Below, piece after piece: positions 1 to 19,148 of a stretch of 64,000 bases of DNA (the stretch's first letter is position 1; every line of letters starts with the position of its first letter). The DNA is from Eledone cirrhosa. Lineage: Eukaryota. The notes beneath the pieces are model-generated. The model did not search any database, was not told the origin of the DNA, and saw only the letters and a list, made by a program, of their open reading frames with translations. A program made the position numbers and the translations under genes. The stretch lies in assembly GCA_964016885.1 (NCBI GenBank), contig OZ024747.1, positions 6,262,001 to 6,326,000 of the forward strand, written 5' to 3'.

Positions 1-190
1 TAGTAGTGGTAGTAGTGATGGTGGTGGTGGAGGTAGTTGTTATAGTAGTGGTAGTAGTGGTGGTGGTGGAGGTAGTTGTTATAGTAGTAGTGATGGTGGT
101 GGTGGAGGTAGTTGTAGTAGTAGTGATGATGATGGTGGTAGTGGTAGTAGTAGTATAATAGTGGTGATGGTAGTAGTAGTAGTAATGGTA
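1..190. repeat. (GGT/AGT/GAT)n trinucleotide tract
   Basis: Direct reading. Confidence 0.95.
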
Positions 191-279
191 GGAAACTAAA
201 AAAAGATAAAACCAGTTGTGACAATAGGAATATCCATATGATGCCAGTGGTAGAGCAAGTAACCTGTCTTTAGTATCTA

Positions 280-316
<37 letters not shown>

Positions 317-470
317 GTAAATGTGTGTATGTATGTTAGTACATGTGTGTGTGTATGTGTGTATGTGTGTATATATATATATATAATAGAAAAAATGAGG
401 AAGTTTTGTTTACATATGAAAAATATACTACACTATATCATCATCATCATCATCGTTTAATGTCTATCTT

Positions 471-506
<36 letters not shown>

Positions 507-508
<2 letters not shown>

Positions 509-630
509 GTAGGTCCCGGGTTGAGTCGGGGATAACCACAGTAAGTAAGGTACTCAATACATGGCAGAGTAAACATTTTTTTATTTTATAGAAACAGTAC
601 TAGTCCTGTAGAAGTTCCTTCTATAAAATA

Positions 631-634
<4 letters not shown>
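507..634 (-). mobile_element. Same hammerhead-tail family as 22113-22283, with an inverted 5' segment
   Basis: Shares ...taaccacagtaagtaaggt(a/g)ctcaataca with 22143-22170; GAAACAGTACTAGTCCTGTAGAAG lies between 16-bp inverted repeats; flanked by (TA)n. Confidence 0.6.
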
Positions 635-713
<79 letters not shown>

Positions 714-992
714 GAAAAGATTCTGGACCCTGATGGCTGAGCTCCAGCCGTTTCGACAGCTAGAGCCATTGGGGTCCTGAATCTTTTCATATAACCCACT
801 GTACTACCCCAAGTATTGAGTACTCTGGTGGGTTATGGTCCACCTGGTTTTTTACCACACCCTATCTGATATATATATATAATTAGAAAGTGAACAATAC
901 AATATATAACTACAAATAGCTCTGTTCTATACATAGAGCACTATTTTTTCCTTCGGAATTAACTAACATATATATATATATTATTAATTTAG

Positions 993-1175
993 GTGGATTG
1001 GCAGTATCGGTAGAGGGTCGGACGCCATGCTTTCCAGCATAGTTATGTCCCTTTACGATCTGAGTTCAAATCCCGCCGAGGTTGACTTTGCCTTTCATCC
1101 TTACGGGGTCGATAAAATAAAGTACCAGTAATGCACTGGGTAATTGCTGGCCTTGTGCCTAAAGTAGAAACAATT
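993..1175 (+). mobile_element. tRNA-derived SINE, family A
   Basis: A-box-like tggcagtatcgg, B-box gagttcaaatccc, central gcctttcatccttacggggtcgataaaataaagtaccag, tail ggccttgtgcctaaagtagaaac; at least 10 copies in the window. Confidence 0.85.
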
Positions 1176-1515
1176 TATATATATTATATAAATGTTCAGT
1201 GTTCTTCTGTGCAAATTATTTTCCATATTTAAATCACTAATGCTATGAACTGTTGTTAAACATCTACTAATGTGTTGGTGATAGGAAGGGCATCCAGCTG
1301 TAGAAACAATGTCAAAGATGAAATGAATAATAATGACAAAATTATTGTGCACAGTGCTCAGCTCAGGTGAAAGCGCGACATGGGCCACAACCTGTCTGAG
1401 AGGAAAGTAATTCTAGTAAAGTACTGACTTGGTCTGTGGAAGATGATACATATATATATATATAAATATATGGACGTTAAATTGTGATATATGTAACTTT
1501 CTGTTCATTTAATAT

Positions 1516-1572
1516 TTGTCTGATGAGGTCATAACTGTTACATAACAGTTACCATTGAAATATGTATAACAG
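1516..1572 (+). ncRNA. Type I hammerhead ribozyme motif, short stem III, partly decayed
   Basis: TTGT-CTGATGA-stem II (TAACTGTT/AACAGTTA)-GAAA-T-ATGT-A-TA-ACAG; AATAAA at 1586. Confidence 0.65.
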
Positions 1573-1626
1573 CGATTGTGTAATGAATAAATGAGGTAAA
1601 TTCTAACCTGTTGATGTCTACTCCAT

Positions 1627-1672
<46 letters not shown>

Positions 1673-2772
1673 CCTTGTCCTTATAAACAAACAAGAGGTA
1701 TATATATTTTCTTTACATCATGTATGAAAAGTTGATTCTTTCCATTTATTTTTTCACTACATCACCAACATAAAAATGATAATGATGATGTGTATATGTA
1801 TATATGTGTGTGTGTGTGTAAATTGCATGCAAAGAGAGCCATCATCATTGACAGTGATGGAGATCCAACAGACATAATGTTAAGATGAGCTTATGGGAGA
1901 GAGGGGCTCCTTAATGGCCATAGGGATTGCTAGAAATAACCTCCAATCTTTTCCAATTCCTACACTTATTGTAACAAAGAAGAGGAACCCATATTGGATA
2001 ATGTAATACTGGATAGATCATCATCATCATCATCATTACCGGCTGTCCAATACACACACACACACACACATGTACACACACATACACACACAAATATTCT
2101 CTGCAGTTAATGGGTAACCAACCAGTCCTAGATAATAGACCAAAACTTTCAGAATGTGAGTCAGTCAGTCCCCCACCCCACCCCAGTACACAGTTATATA
2201 CAAGGCTGAGAACGAGAGGGGGGGGGATTAAGTAATATGCGAGATAGAGTAGCGAGGGTGGAGGTGATAGGGGTGGCAGTGAAGAATAAAGAAGGATTGG
2301 GTAGGGTAGGAGCAGTCTTAATTTTTGTGTGAATGGAACATTCTTTATTCAGTTATCAAATGTAGACACACCCATTTTCTTTTTCTTTAGAGGGCGGAGA
2401 AAATGTTCTGAGTGAATGTATGTATGGTTGTATGTGTGATATATATATGTGTGTGTGTGTATGGGTATATATATTATATATGTGTATGTATGTATGTGTA
2501 TATATGTATGTGTATATATATATATAATATATGTATGTGTATATATATATATATAATATATATATATATATATGTGTATATATATATAATATATATATAT
2601 ATAATATATATATATATATAATATATATATATAATATATATATATATATAATATATATATATATATAATATATATATAATATATATATATATATAATATA
2701 TATAATATATATAATATATATATATATATAATATATATAATATATATATATATATAATATATATATATATAT

Positions 2773-3287
2773 AGAGATGGAAGCTACGGAGTAGGTAGAC
2801 CCAGAAAAACCTGGGACGATTTGATAAATTCCGACCTTACACACTTACACCTCTCCAAGACAATGTCACTGGACCGAGATCTTTGGCGCTACACAGTAAT
2901 ACAGAAGACCCAGTAATACAGAAGACCCGCCTTGCCTGAGTACAAAGCGAAACCTACAGTCAGTAAGCTCCTCCTAACCAAAAATACGCCCCCACCCCCA
3001 TCTACACCTAAATTATGTTGGTACCACAACACCCAGTCCTGTAGGTGTCACAACAAAAAAACACACAGTCCACGCTGTAATGTGGCCGTGTAGGTAACAC
3101 GGTAAAAACCTCCCAGCCCCACACTGTAAACGTGGTTGGTGTTAGGAAGGGCATCCAGCCGTAGAAAACCTGCCAGATAGTCCTATATGAGCGAGACACG
3201 GTCACCCGACCAACCTTGCCTTAAGTGGGACAAGTCCCATCTAAACCCATGCTAGCGTGGAAGATGGACGTTAAACAACGATGATGA
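2773..3287 (+). mobile_element. RTE 3' fragment, same subfamily as the 10160 copy
   Basis: [37 protein letters not shown]; 3' UTR homologous to 11420-11780; internal 18-bp duplication cagtaatacagaagaccc. Confidence 0.9.
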
Positions 3288-3377
3288 TATATATATATAT
3301 ATATATATATTCATCCAACCCATGCGAGCATTAAAAAAATACGAATATAAAATGATGATACACACACAAATATATTG

Positions 3378-3412
<35 letters not shown>

Positions 3413-3567
3413 ATTTTAGAAAAGGAAAAGAATGATTTCACTTGTAGTTCTAAACAATTTAATTTTATTTTATATTATAATTTTACAATTTAGTTTGGTA
3501 GATCTAGTAAGATCATGATAAAAAAAAAAATTAAAAAAAGATATATATCATCATCATCATCTTCGTT

Positions 3568-10159
<6,592 letters not shown>

Positions 10160-10168
<9 letters not shown>

Positions 10169-11780
10169 TACTTAGCTTTTGTCGACCTGGAGAAAGCCTT
10201 CGACAGAGTCCCCCGCTCCATTATCTGGTGGGCTCTTAGAAAACTAGGCGTTGACGAATGGCTTGTGAGGGCTATACAAGCCATGTATAAAGAAACAGTC
10301 AGCAAGGTTAGAATTAACAACGAATATAGTGAAGAGTTTAGCGTAAAAGTTGGCATCCATCAGGGCTCTGTTCTCAGCCCCCTACTATTTATTATTGCCC
10401 TTCAGGCTATAACAGAGGAGTTCAAGACAGGCTGCCCGTGGGAACTCCTATACGCAGACGACCTGACACTCATAGCGGAATCAATGGCCGAGCTAGAGAA
10501 GAAATTCCAAACATGGAAGCACGGCCTAGAGTCAAAAGGACTTAAAATTAACCTGGCTAAGACCAAAGTACTAGTTTGTAGGAAAGAAAACAAGGCGGCG
10601 GTCCCTTCTGGGAAATGGTCGTGCTCGGTGTGTAGGAAAGGCGTAGGTAGAAACTCCATTTTATGTCCTAAATGCAAAGTATGGGTGCATAAAAGATGTA
10701 GTGGGATCACAGGTAAGCTAACTAAGAACATAGATTTTACATGTGGCCGGTGTTCTGGTGCAATAAGTAGCAGCAAGTGCCCACAAAATACTAGCTCTTT
10801 CAATTGCGCAGAGGGTTCTATAGAAATAGTGGACAGCTTCCGTTACCTGGGCGATAAAATCAGCAGTGGGGGAGGGTGCTCTGAAAGTACTGTAGCTAGA
10901 GTCAGAACTGGTTGGAAAAAGTTCAGAGAGCTTATACCACTATTAGCTGCTAAAGGGTTCTCCCTAAAAATGAAAGGCAGGTTGTACGATGCCTGCATAC
11001 GAACAGCAATGTTGCATGGCAGTGAGACCTGGGCATTGTGTGCAGAGGATATACGCAGACTAGAGAGGAACGAAGCTTGCATGCTCCGCTGGATGTGTAA
11101 CAGTAATATACGTAAAAGGCAAAGCATAAACGAACTAAGGAAAAAATTAGAGATAAGAGGGATCAGATGTTGTTTACTCGAGAGAAGGCTACGTTGGTAT
11201 GGACACGTGATGCGCATGAAAGTCGATAGCTGTATAACAAAGTGCAGGGCAATAAAGATAGACGGTAGCCACGGAATAGGCAGACCTAGAAAAACCTGGG
11301 ACGAGCTGATAAACTCCGACCTCACACACTTACACCTCTCCAAGACAATGTCACTGGACCGAGACCTTTGGCGGTACTCAGTAACAGAGAAGACCCGCCT
11401 TGCCAGTAGGCATCTCTAACAAAATACACCCCCGTCCCGCCACCACCCCCACCCCATCCACACCACCCCATTCTATGTAAAGTTATGTTGGTGCCGCGCC
11501 ATCCAGGCCGAAACAAATGAGATCGTGTAGGTGTCACGACAAAAAAACACACAGTCCACGCTGTAATGTGGCCGTGTAGGCAACACGGTAAAAACCTCCC
11601 AGACCCACACTGTAAATGTGGTTGGTGTTAGGAAGGGCATCCAGCTGTAGAAAACCTGCCAGACAGTCCTATGCGAGCAAGACAATCACTCTTGCCTCAA
11701 GTGGGACTACCCCCGTCCAAACCCATGCAAGCGTGGAACACGGACGTTAAACGTTGATGATGATGATGATGATGATGATG
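10160..11780 (+). mobile_element. 5'-truncated RTE-type LINE (RT C-terminal half with PHD-type finger, 3' UTR, (GAT)n tail)
   Basis: Open frame 10160-11419: [57 protein letters not shown]; 3' UTR motif ggttggtgttaggaagggcatccagc; ggacgttaaac(gat)n tail. Confidence 0.95.
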
Positions 11781-11946
11781 TAGGAGGTGAGTTTTATTGT
11801 AGCACAATAAAGCAATGCAGATATCGGATAAGTAGCACTCTACAGTTTGTAGGACTGGAGTATAAATAATATAACAGATCTACTGATATGTTGATTTTAA
11901 ACTGCACTATTCACAAGTCTGGTTTAACCTTCATATCATGTCTCCC

Positions 11947-12017
11947 TATTTTATCTGACGAAAATGCAAATGTTATTGCATGTTGATATTTGTTTTTGAA
12001 ATGCGCATAATAAAATA
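11947..12017 (+). ncRNA. Intact type I hammerhead ribozyme motif, short stem III
   Basis: Stem I TATTTTAT/ATAAAATA; core CTGACGA (11955-61); stem II AAA/TTT plus GCAAATGTTA/TGATATTTGT (with G-U pairs); GAAA (11998-12001); stem III T-GCGC-A; predicted cleavage AUA after 12009. Confidence 0.8.
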
Positions 12018-12176
12018 CATGGAACTCTATTAACCATCTTTTGATCTTATATATAAATATATACACACACACACATATATACACATACACACACACATAT
12101 ATATATACACACACACACATATATATACATACACACATATATATACATACACACACATATATATACATACACACAC

Positions 12177-12209
<33 letters not shown>

Positions 12210-12282
12210 TATATATATACACACACACACATATATATATACACACACACATATATATACACACACACATATATATATATAT

Positions 12283-12327
<45 letters not shown>

Positions 12328-12444
12328 TATATATACACACACACACATATATACACACACACACACACATATATATACACACACACACACATATATATAT
12401 ATCTATATATATACACACAAACACAGAGAGAGAGAGAGAGAGAG

Positions 12445-12884
12445 TAAAACTTCAGGAAAGAAGACAAGACTACTAGCATCTGGTATAATGGGGCGGGGTG
12501 CATGAATTCCACAAGGTGTACCCAGTGTAAACTAAGGGTGCAGAAGGGATGCAATGGGATCACAGGTAAGCTGAGAGAGAAGGAGAGTAACAGATGTGCT
12601 GATGTAGTTAGCAGTAAGAGGACCCATGAAATAAATTCTTTCAATCGTTCAGAGTGCTCCCTAGATGTAGTTGATAGCTTCTACTACATAGGTAAGCTCA
12701 TTAACAGAAGAGGGGGCAGCTCAGGAAACATAGTTGGTAGCCAGAGTAAAAAAAAGGGTGTAAAAGGTTTAGTGAGCTACTAACTACCCTTGCTGGCAAC
12801 AGAGGGGCTTTTCTTTTGAGTGAAGGGCAGACTGTCTGATGCTTGTGTATAAAGTGTAATGTTGCATGGGAGAGAAACATGGCC
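12445..12884 (+). pseudogene. Decayed RTE RT/PHD fragment
   Basis: NSTRCTQCKLRVQKGCNGITGKL...VDSFYYIG, homologous to 10650-11035, with frameshifts. Confidence 0.8.
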
Positions 12885-13045
12885 ATCATCATCATCATCA
12901 TCATTTAACGTCTATCTTCCCCGCTAGCATGGGTTAGATGGGAATTGTCCCACTTGACGCAAGGTTGATTGGGTGACCGTGTCTCGCTCGTATGGGACTA
13001 TCTGGCAGGTTTTCTATGGCTGGATGCCCTTTCTAACACCAACCT
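12884..13045 (-). mobile_element. RTE 3' UTR tail fragment
   Basis: (cat)n-ttaacgtc...gctagcatgggttagatggg...ggatgccctttctaacaccaacc; reverse complement of 3135-3287. Confidence 0.85.
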
Positions 13046-14121
13046 CAAAATGGCCAATAAATTCTTTCTTTTATTTTTTTTACTTATGTCAGGCATTTGA
13101 CTGTGGCCATGCTGGGGCACTGCTTTGAAGGGATCTGTTACTGACTTGGTTTCTACAGCTGAATGCCATGCCCTTCATAATGCCAACCACATTTACAGCA
13201 TGGACTGCGTACTTTTTATCAAGGCACCAATAATTTGAAGGATTACATTAACCAATATACCATTTAGCATTTAAACCAGCCATATCCAGACAGGATTCTT
13301 TCAGCTCTTTCTGTTCAAACTGGCCACTCATACTGATGTTAAGGTATTGTTCTCAAAATAAATATCAAAATCTCATAGATTATTATGGGAGATAAAGCCT
13401 TTACTGCAAAAATACAATAGTATATATAGAGTAATCATCATCATCACCGTTTTACGTCCATTTTCCACACTGCTGTTGTTTGTTGTTTAACCCTCAGGTC
13501 AGTACTGATTAAGCTGATCTATAATCAAAAGTATTCCAGCTGTGACCACCACCACTGCAAAAACCACTACCACTACACCGACATTACTGCCACTACTAAC
13601 ACCATTAGGTTGCTATTTAAAAAATAGTCTTGTTTACCACTACTCCAAGTCCATATGCACTCATATATATAAATATCCTTTCAGAGCATATAAACATACA
13701 GACACAGACATAAACATACTGACTCACACATACACACACACACATATACATGATGTAAAGAATCATGTGTAAAAATATATATATTCAGAATATATAAACT
13801 GACACACACACACACACACACACACATACATACATACATTTGTACATTATTCTATGTACTATACATGCACCTTTGATGAGTTGTAGTGCACCTGAGCACT
13901 GTACACAATAATTTCATTATTATTATACACAAACTGACAGACATATATACACAATTTGGCTATATAGTCTATTATAGTTCACCCTTTTGCTACCAAACAG
14001 CCTGAAATTGCTGATAGAAACCCATTTGGTTTAAAGTGTTTATAATTATCTAAAAAAAAAAAACCTCCATCCAAATTTTATGTAAGAACCTTTGTTATGT
14101 TCCAAGCACCAGCTTGATAAT

Positions 14122-14294
14122 TCTTTCTACATTTGGCATAAGGCCAGTAATTTGAAGGATTATTTTATTGACACCATAAAGATGAAAGGCAAAGCTAGCC
14201 TCGGCGAGATTTGAACTCAGAACGCAAAGGGCCATAACTCTATGCCCTAAAGCATGTTGTCCGACGCTCTACCAACACTGCCAATCCACCGCCA
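14122..14294 (-). mobile_element. SINE family A, nested in a MITE
   Basis: Reverse-complement match to 993-1175. Confidence 0.8.
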
Positions 14295-14782
14295 TTACAC
14301 CAGCTTCATAACAAGAAGGTTAGTTATATTACTAAATCTCTCCAAATTCTTTATTTTCAAAATTATTTTAAAATTCACAGGGAGTGCCTTATCTTTAAAA
14401 ATATGTTATCAAAGGGGTTAATTTTTATTTCATTCATAATATCCATGGTAACAACAGTAGCATGCCTTCACCTCAGATCTAGGATTACACATAAAATATC
14501 AACAACAAAAATAATACAATTTTGGACTAACCACACCCATAATCTTTGCTCTGCTAACAAGACTCTGATGAAGACTTTGATAAAGATAAGAGTCAGCATG
14601 GCTGGAACTAAAAATATATCTTTTCTTCTTGCATTCTTTTAGTCTTTTACTGGTTTTAGTAATCAGACTGCAATTGTACCAATGTCGGTACTTTAAATAG
14701 CAGCCAAATCTCCCTCAAATCTACCCTCTAGCATTTAAACTGGCCATATCCGGCCAGAATTCTCTCACCATTTTCTGTTCAA

Positions 14783-15006
14783 GCAAAGGCGTGTGGCTGA
14801 ATGGTTAGAGAACTGGATTCACAATCGTGAAGTTGTGAGTTCGATTCCTGGACCAGGCGATGCATTATGTCCTTGAGCAAGACACTTTATTTCACGTTGC
14901 TCCTTCTACCTGGAGTTGCAACCGATAGATAGTATTAGCAATTGGAAAGACCAACGGAAACATTATGTCCTCGGTCCGATTTGACGAAAGCCGATCGACA
15001 AATTTT
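14783..15006 (+). mobile_element. SINE family B variant with a different tail, inserted in a MITE
   Basis: 12-bp TSD ttttctgttcaa at 14771-14782 and 15007-15018. Confidence 0.85.
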
Positions 15007-15227
15007 TTTTCTGTTCAAACCGCCTATAACTGGCCCCTCATACTAACTTTAAGGTATTGTTCTCAAAATAAATACTATCAAAATCTCAGACTCGATATTA
15101 TGTGAGATATCTATGTGAAGTAAAGCCTTTTGTCTGAGAATACAATAGTATATATAGAATGTGAATGCTAAAGGGTGAACTGGAAAAAAAGGCACCTTAG
15201 CAGTATATGAGCCAATACATACACACA

Positions 15228-15878
15228 CACAGCCAGACATGGGGAGACACACACACACACACACAGAGCCAGACATGGGGAGACACACACACACACACAC
15301 ACACAGCCAGACATGGGGAGACACACACACACAGCCAGACATGGGGAGACACACACACACACACACACACAGGGCCAGACATGGGGAGACACACACACAC
15401 ACAGCCAGACATGGGGAGACACACACACACACAGCCAGACATGGGGAGACACACACACACACAGCCAGACATGGGGAGACACACACACACAGAGCCAGAC
15501 ATGGGGAGACACACACACACACAGCCAGACATGGGGAGACACACACACACACAGCCAGACATGGGGAGACACACACACACACAGCCAGACATGGGGAGAC
15601 ACACACACACACACAGCCAGACATGGGGAGACACACACACACACACAGCCAGACATGGGGAGACACACACACACACACAGCCAGACATGGGGAGACACAC
15701 ACACACACACACAGCCAGACATGGGGAGACACACACACACACACACACAGCCAGACATGGGGAGACACACACACACACACAGCCAGACATGGGGAGAGAC
15801 ACACACACACACACAGCCAGACATGGGGAGACACACACACACACACACACACAGCCAGACATGGGGACACACACACAT
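15228..15878. repeat. Minisatellite AGCCAGACATGGGGAG-(AC)n, about 20 units
   Basis: Fixed core with variable-length (AC) spacer. Confidence 0.95.
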
Positions 15879-17089
15879 AAGGCAAGCTATTTCTGTTCAT
15901 ATCCAATAAACATGTGCAGCGCGCGCACATAAACCCAGATAACACTTCTAATGGAACATGGAATGGTAGGGAGCAGGAGGGACAGCCCTTCCCCACCCTG
16001 GAGGGACACCCCTTCCCCACCCATCTCCCAGTCTGGGGTAAAAGAGAATATTGTTTAAACTGTCACTTACCACATCTCCACCCCCTCCCCCCTCACCATG
16101 CCCCCCACACCCTCAGTCCACTTCATTATCACTGCCCCACCCCTTGAATCTCCACCCTGCATCTCCAGCCCACCCCACCCCACCATCATCACTTGCCACC
16201 ACCGCCACCCTCTACATCTCACCACCACCCCCACCCTTCTATACCTCATGATATTGTCGCACCACCTCCACACACCACCCGGGTTGTTGCTCGTGCCCTT
16301 CCATCACCACCCCACCCCCCTCCACCACTCTCTAGACCACCATTTAATGGTGAACTTAAAACATGTGCAAGCTGAAACTACCAGAGAGTCTCCGGCTAAT
16401 TGTACCTAACCATGCCACAAACTGAACAACAAAAACTTGACACACTGTTAGAAGTGTGTGTGTGTGTGTGTGCTGTGTGCGTGTGTGTGTGCGTGTGATT
16501 ATTTTTATTGAGTTAGATGGATGTATCTGTGTATATTAGATGTTAGTGAAATAGCCCACACATGCATACATATATATACACATACATATATATACACATA
16601 CACATACACACATACACACATTAGAATAAATTTAAAATACTGTAGTATTTAAAACATCCAAACACACACACACACATATATACACACACACATACACATA
16701 TATACACATATATATATATATTGTCATAATCATCACCATTTAACATCATTTTCCCCTGAAAGAGTTGGACAGGTTATCAGAAACTATGTCACTTCTTAAT
16801 CAGAACCACTGATCCACCAGATGGTCTGGGATCTCATCTCTGGGATCTCATCTCTCTTACACACATTCTCAAACACTACAGAGTGCACTAGGTGCATTTT
16901 ATTATGTTAGAGAGGTCATCATGTCCTTAACACAACTGAAGGATCCTATCAACCCTTTGCTAAGCAAGTTTTTTTACACCTTGATGCCCTTCTTATCACC
17001 AACCACTTCACAAAGTATACTGAGTGGGTTTTACCGTACACATACACACATAGTTGTAAATGTTTATATGGAAATATATATACTACTTA

Positions 17090-17412
17090 CTTTGATGCTA
17101 AACTCCGCCAGTTGCAGATTGCGCATCAACATGAGATATTTTTCTCCACAAAGTTTGATAACCAACAGCAGAGTTTAAAGAGCAAAGATCAAGTTCAGTC
17201 CATAAGTTGACATTATCAAGCCATCGTTTTGGCTGCCGGCCTCTGCTTCTCTTACCAGCCAACCTTCCTTCCAGGAATATATAATACCTTTCGATCACCA
17301 ACAGCAGAGTTTAAAGAGCAAAGATCAAGTCGAGTCCATAGGTTGACATTATCAAGCCATCGTTTTGGCTGCTGGCCTCTGCTTCTCTTACCAGCCAACC
17401 TTCCTTCCAGGA
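17090..17412 (-). mobile_element. Divergent RTE/BovB-like LINE 3' fragment with a local tandem duplication (136-bp offset)
   Basis: LEGRLAGKRSRGRQPKRWLDNV...LWRKISH; 17161-17276 recurs at 17297-17412. Confidence 0.7.
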
Positions 17413-17661
17413 AGTTTCACACACTTATATATGTATAACAATGTAAATATAACATTGTATATGAGTGTATAAATATACATGTATTATTTTATTGCAATCT
17501 GAAACTCCTGAAATCTATGTGGGAGAGAGAGAGGTAGACATTGCTTCAGACTGTATGTGCATGTGTGAGGTAAATATTGTAGATTGTATGTAGGTATATG
17601 TATGCATAGTGTCATGTAGTGTGTGTGTGAGGCCATGCAGATAGCTAAACATGTCACTTAC

Positions 17662-17815
17662 CCTCAATACAAGGTTCAAACTGTACTTCGGTCAAATCAA
17701 TCCTAAAGAACCATTTGCCTGGTCTGCCAATATTGCTGCTCTGCGAGAAATTGAGGGCAGATCTAGGTCCTTCAATTTGGTAATGGGCAGCACCGTTCCC
17801 TGCATCCAGTCCAGC
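17662..17815 (-). CDS. Next coding exon of the same NIDO-domain protein (C-terminal part of NIDO)
   Basis: Minus strand ttttcag|exon|gtaagt; 154 nt, phase 0-1; translates AGLDAGNGAAHYQIEGPRSALNFSQSSNIGRPGKWFFRIDLTEVQFEPCIE, matching the NIDO end AGFNAGDG...SNVG.PG.W.FRID; joins in frame to the 50183 exon (Q|AG). Confidence 0.92.
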
Positions 17816-18203
17816 CTGAAAAGGTTAAAAGACAAAAACTTTGAGTTTGACAGACTATTTACTCGACTTCGTTATTGCAAAGTTAATCACTTAACTTTCA
17901 ATGTCCTGTACCACATGAAACCACATTAGCAAGGCATTCTTAGAAAAATGCAAAGCATCGCTGTGGCTGCATCATATAAAATATTAAAGTCTTTACACTA
18001 TTAATGCAAGTTTTCACAATGATCTGTCCTTAGTAAAGATACTACAAATATAGGAATTTACAAATCATCTTTTTATAAAGGTGTTTTCTGTGTTAATAGC
18101 TGCAACCCGTAAACTGGAACAAGTGAAGGGGTGAAAGTGACTGGTTTCTGAGAAGCGTGTAGTATCTGGGGTGTGTGTGTGTGTGTGTGTGCGTGTGTGT
18201 ATA

Positions 18204-18241
<38 letters not shown>

Positions 18242-18242
18242 A

Positions 18243-18532
18243 TCATGGCTTGGCTTCACGAATGAAAATTATGAAGCAGGTAGTTCATGTTGACTGCAGG
18301 CACGCCAGTGGCTGTTCAAGCCAATATGGGACAGGCATGCATGGTCGCAGTGGCTGCAGTTGAAGGTCTGGTCAGATTTTAATGGCTTGGCATTGTGATT
18401 CTTCCTACTGTGCCTTCTGTCCTTGGGGGTGGCTCCACAGGTGTTTTCAAAGGAGGATGTTGAGATGCCAGGTGTCAAAGTTCTCAGCTAAGGTGAGCCA
18501 CTGGTGATGGTCAATGTGACAGGCACCAAAGG

Positions 18533-18535
<3 letters not shown>
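18243..18535 (-). mobile_element. RTE/BovB-like LINE 3' end with C2H2-type zinc finger
   Basis: FNCSHCDHACLSHIGLNSHWRAC near the C-terminus; flanked by microsatellites. Confidence 0.65.
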
Positions 18536-18591
<56 letters not shown>

Positions 18592-18924
18592 TAAAGAAAG
18601 ACATTGCCAAAGATTTTCAAATCATTTTGAAAGTAAACAAGAATTTGAAGGAATTTAGTGAATATAAATAAACATTTTTAGATAACCTTATCACCAACAT
18701 CCAAATAAATGACCTAAACTAATACAAACACACAATACAAAATACTCAGGTAAAAAACATACCACATACATAAGACCTTGGATCAAAACATATGACAATG
18801 TAACAACACTAAGAATTCTAAGAATAATACTAATAACAAAAAAAAACAACCGATTATACTGGCACTTCATCAGGCTAATACACTGGTTTCTGTTTAATTA
18901 TCTTTTTCATTATTAAGTTGGTAG

Positions 18925-19148
18925 TGGGTGGAGCATTAGCTGTATTGGTAGAGAGTCGGACAACATGCTTTGGGGCATAAAGTTATGTCCCTTTACGTTC
19001 TGAGTTCAAATCCCACTGAGGCTAGCTTTACCTTTCATCCTTACAGAGGTCGATAAAATAAAGTACCCGTAATGCACTGGGGTTGATTTAATTGACTTTT
19101 CTCACCCTCAAAATTGTTGGCCTTGTGCCTAAATCAGAAACCTTTATT
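18925..19148 (+). mobile_element. SINE family A (long variant)
   Basis: Match to 993-1175 with an extra ttgatttaattgact segment. Confidence 0.8.

Noticed and set aside
993-1090. tRNA gene-like A/B boxes
   Set aside because: Heads of multi-copy SINEs; no acceptor-stem cloverleaf
10402-11343. Minus-strand ORFs over the RTE (and the plus-strand ORFs at 41609, 45657 and 46143)
   Set aside because: Antisense shadows of the RT frame
14561-14594. CTGATGA with GACTCT/AGAGTC flanks
   Set aside because: No stem II or GAAA; at most a deleted hammerhead relic
15228-15878. CRISPR-like look (constant repeat with variable spacers)
   Set aside because: Spacers are only (AC)n, there are no cas genes, and the context is eukaryotic
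17651-17929. Plus-strand 92-aa ORF
   Set aside because: Antisense shadow of the real minus-strand NIDO exon
18860-18892. Minus-strand GAAACCAGTGTA...CTGATGAAG, resembling a permuted hammerhead
   Set aside because: Only 5 nt are available for stem I and there is no stem II pairing
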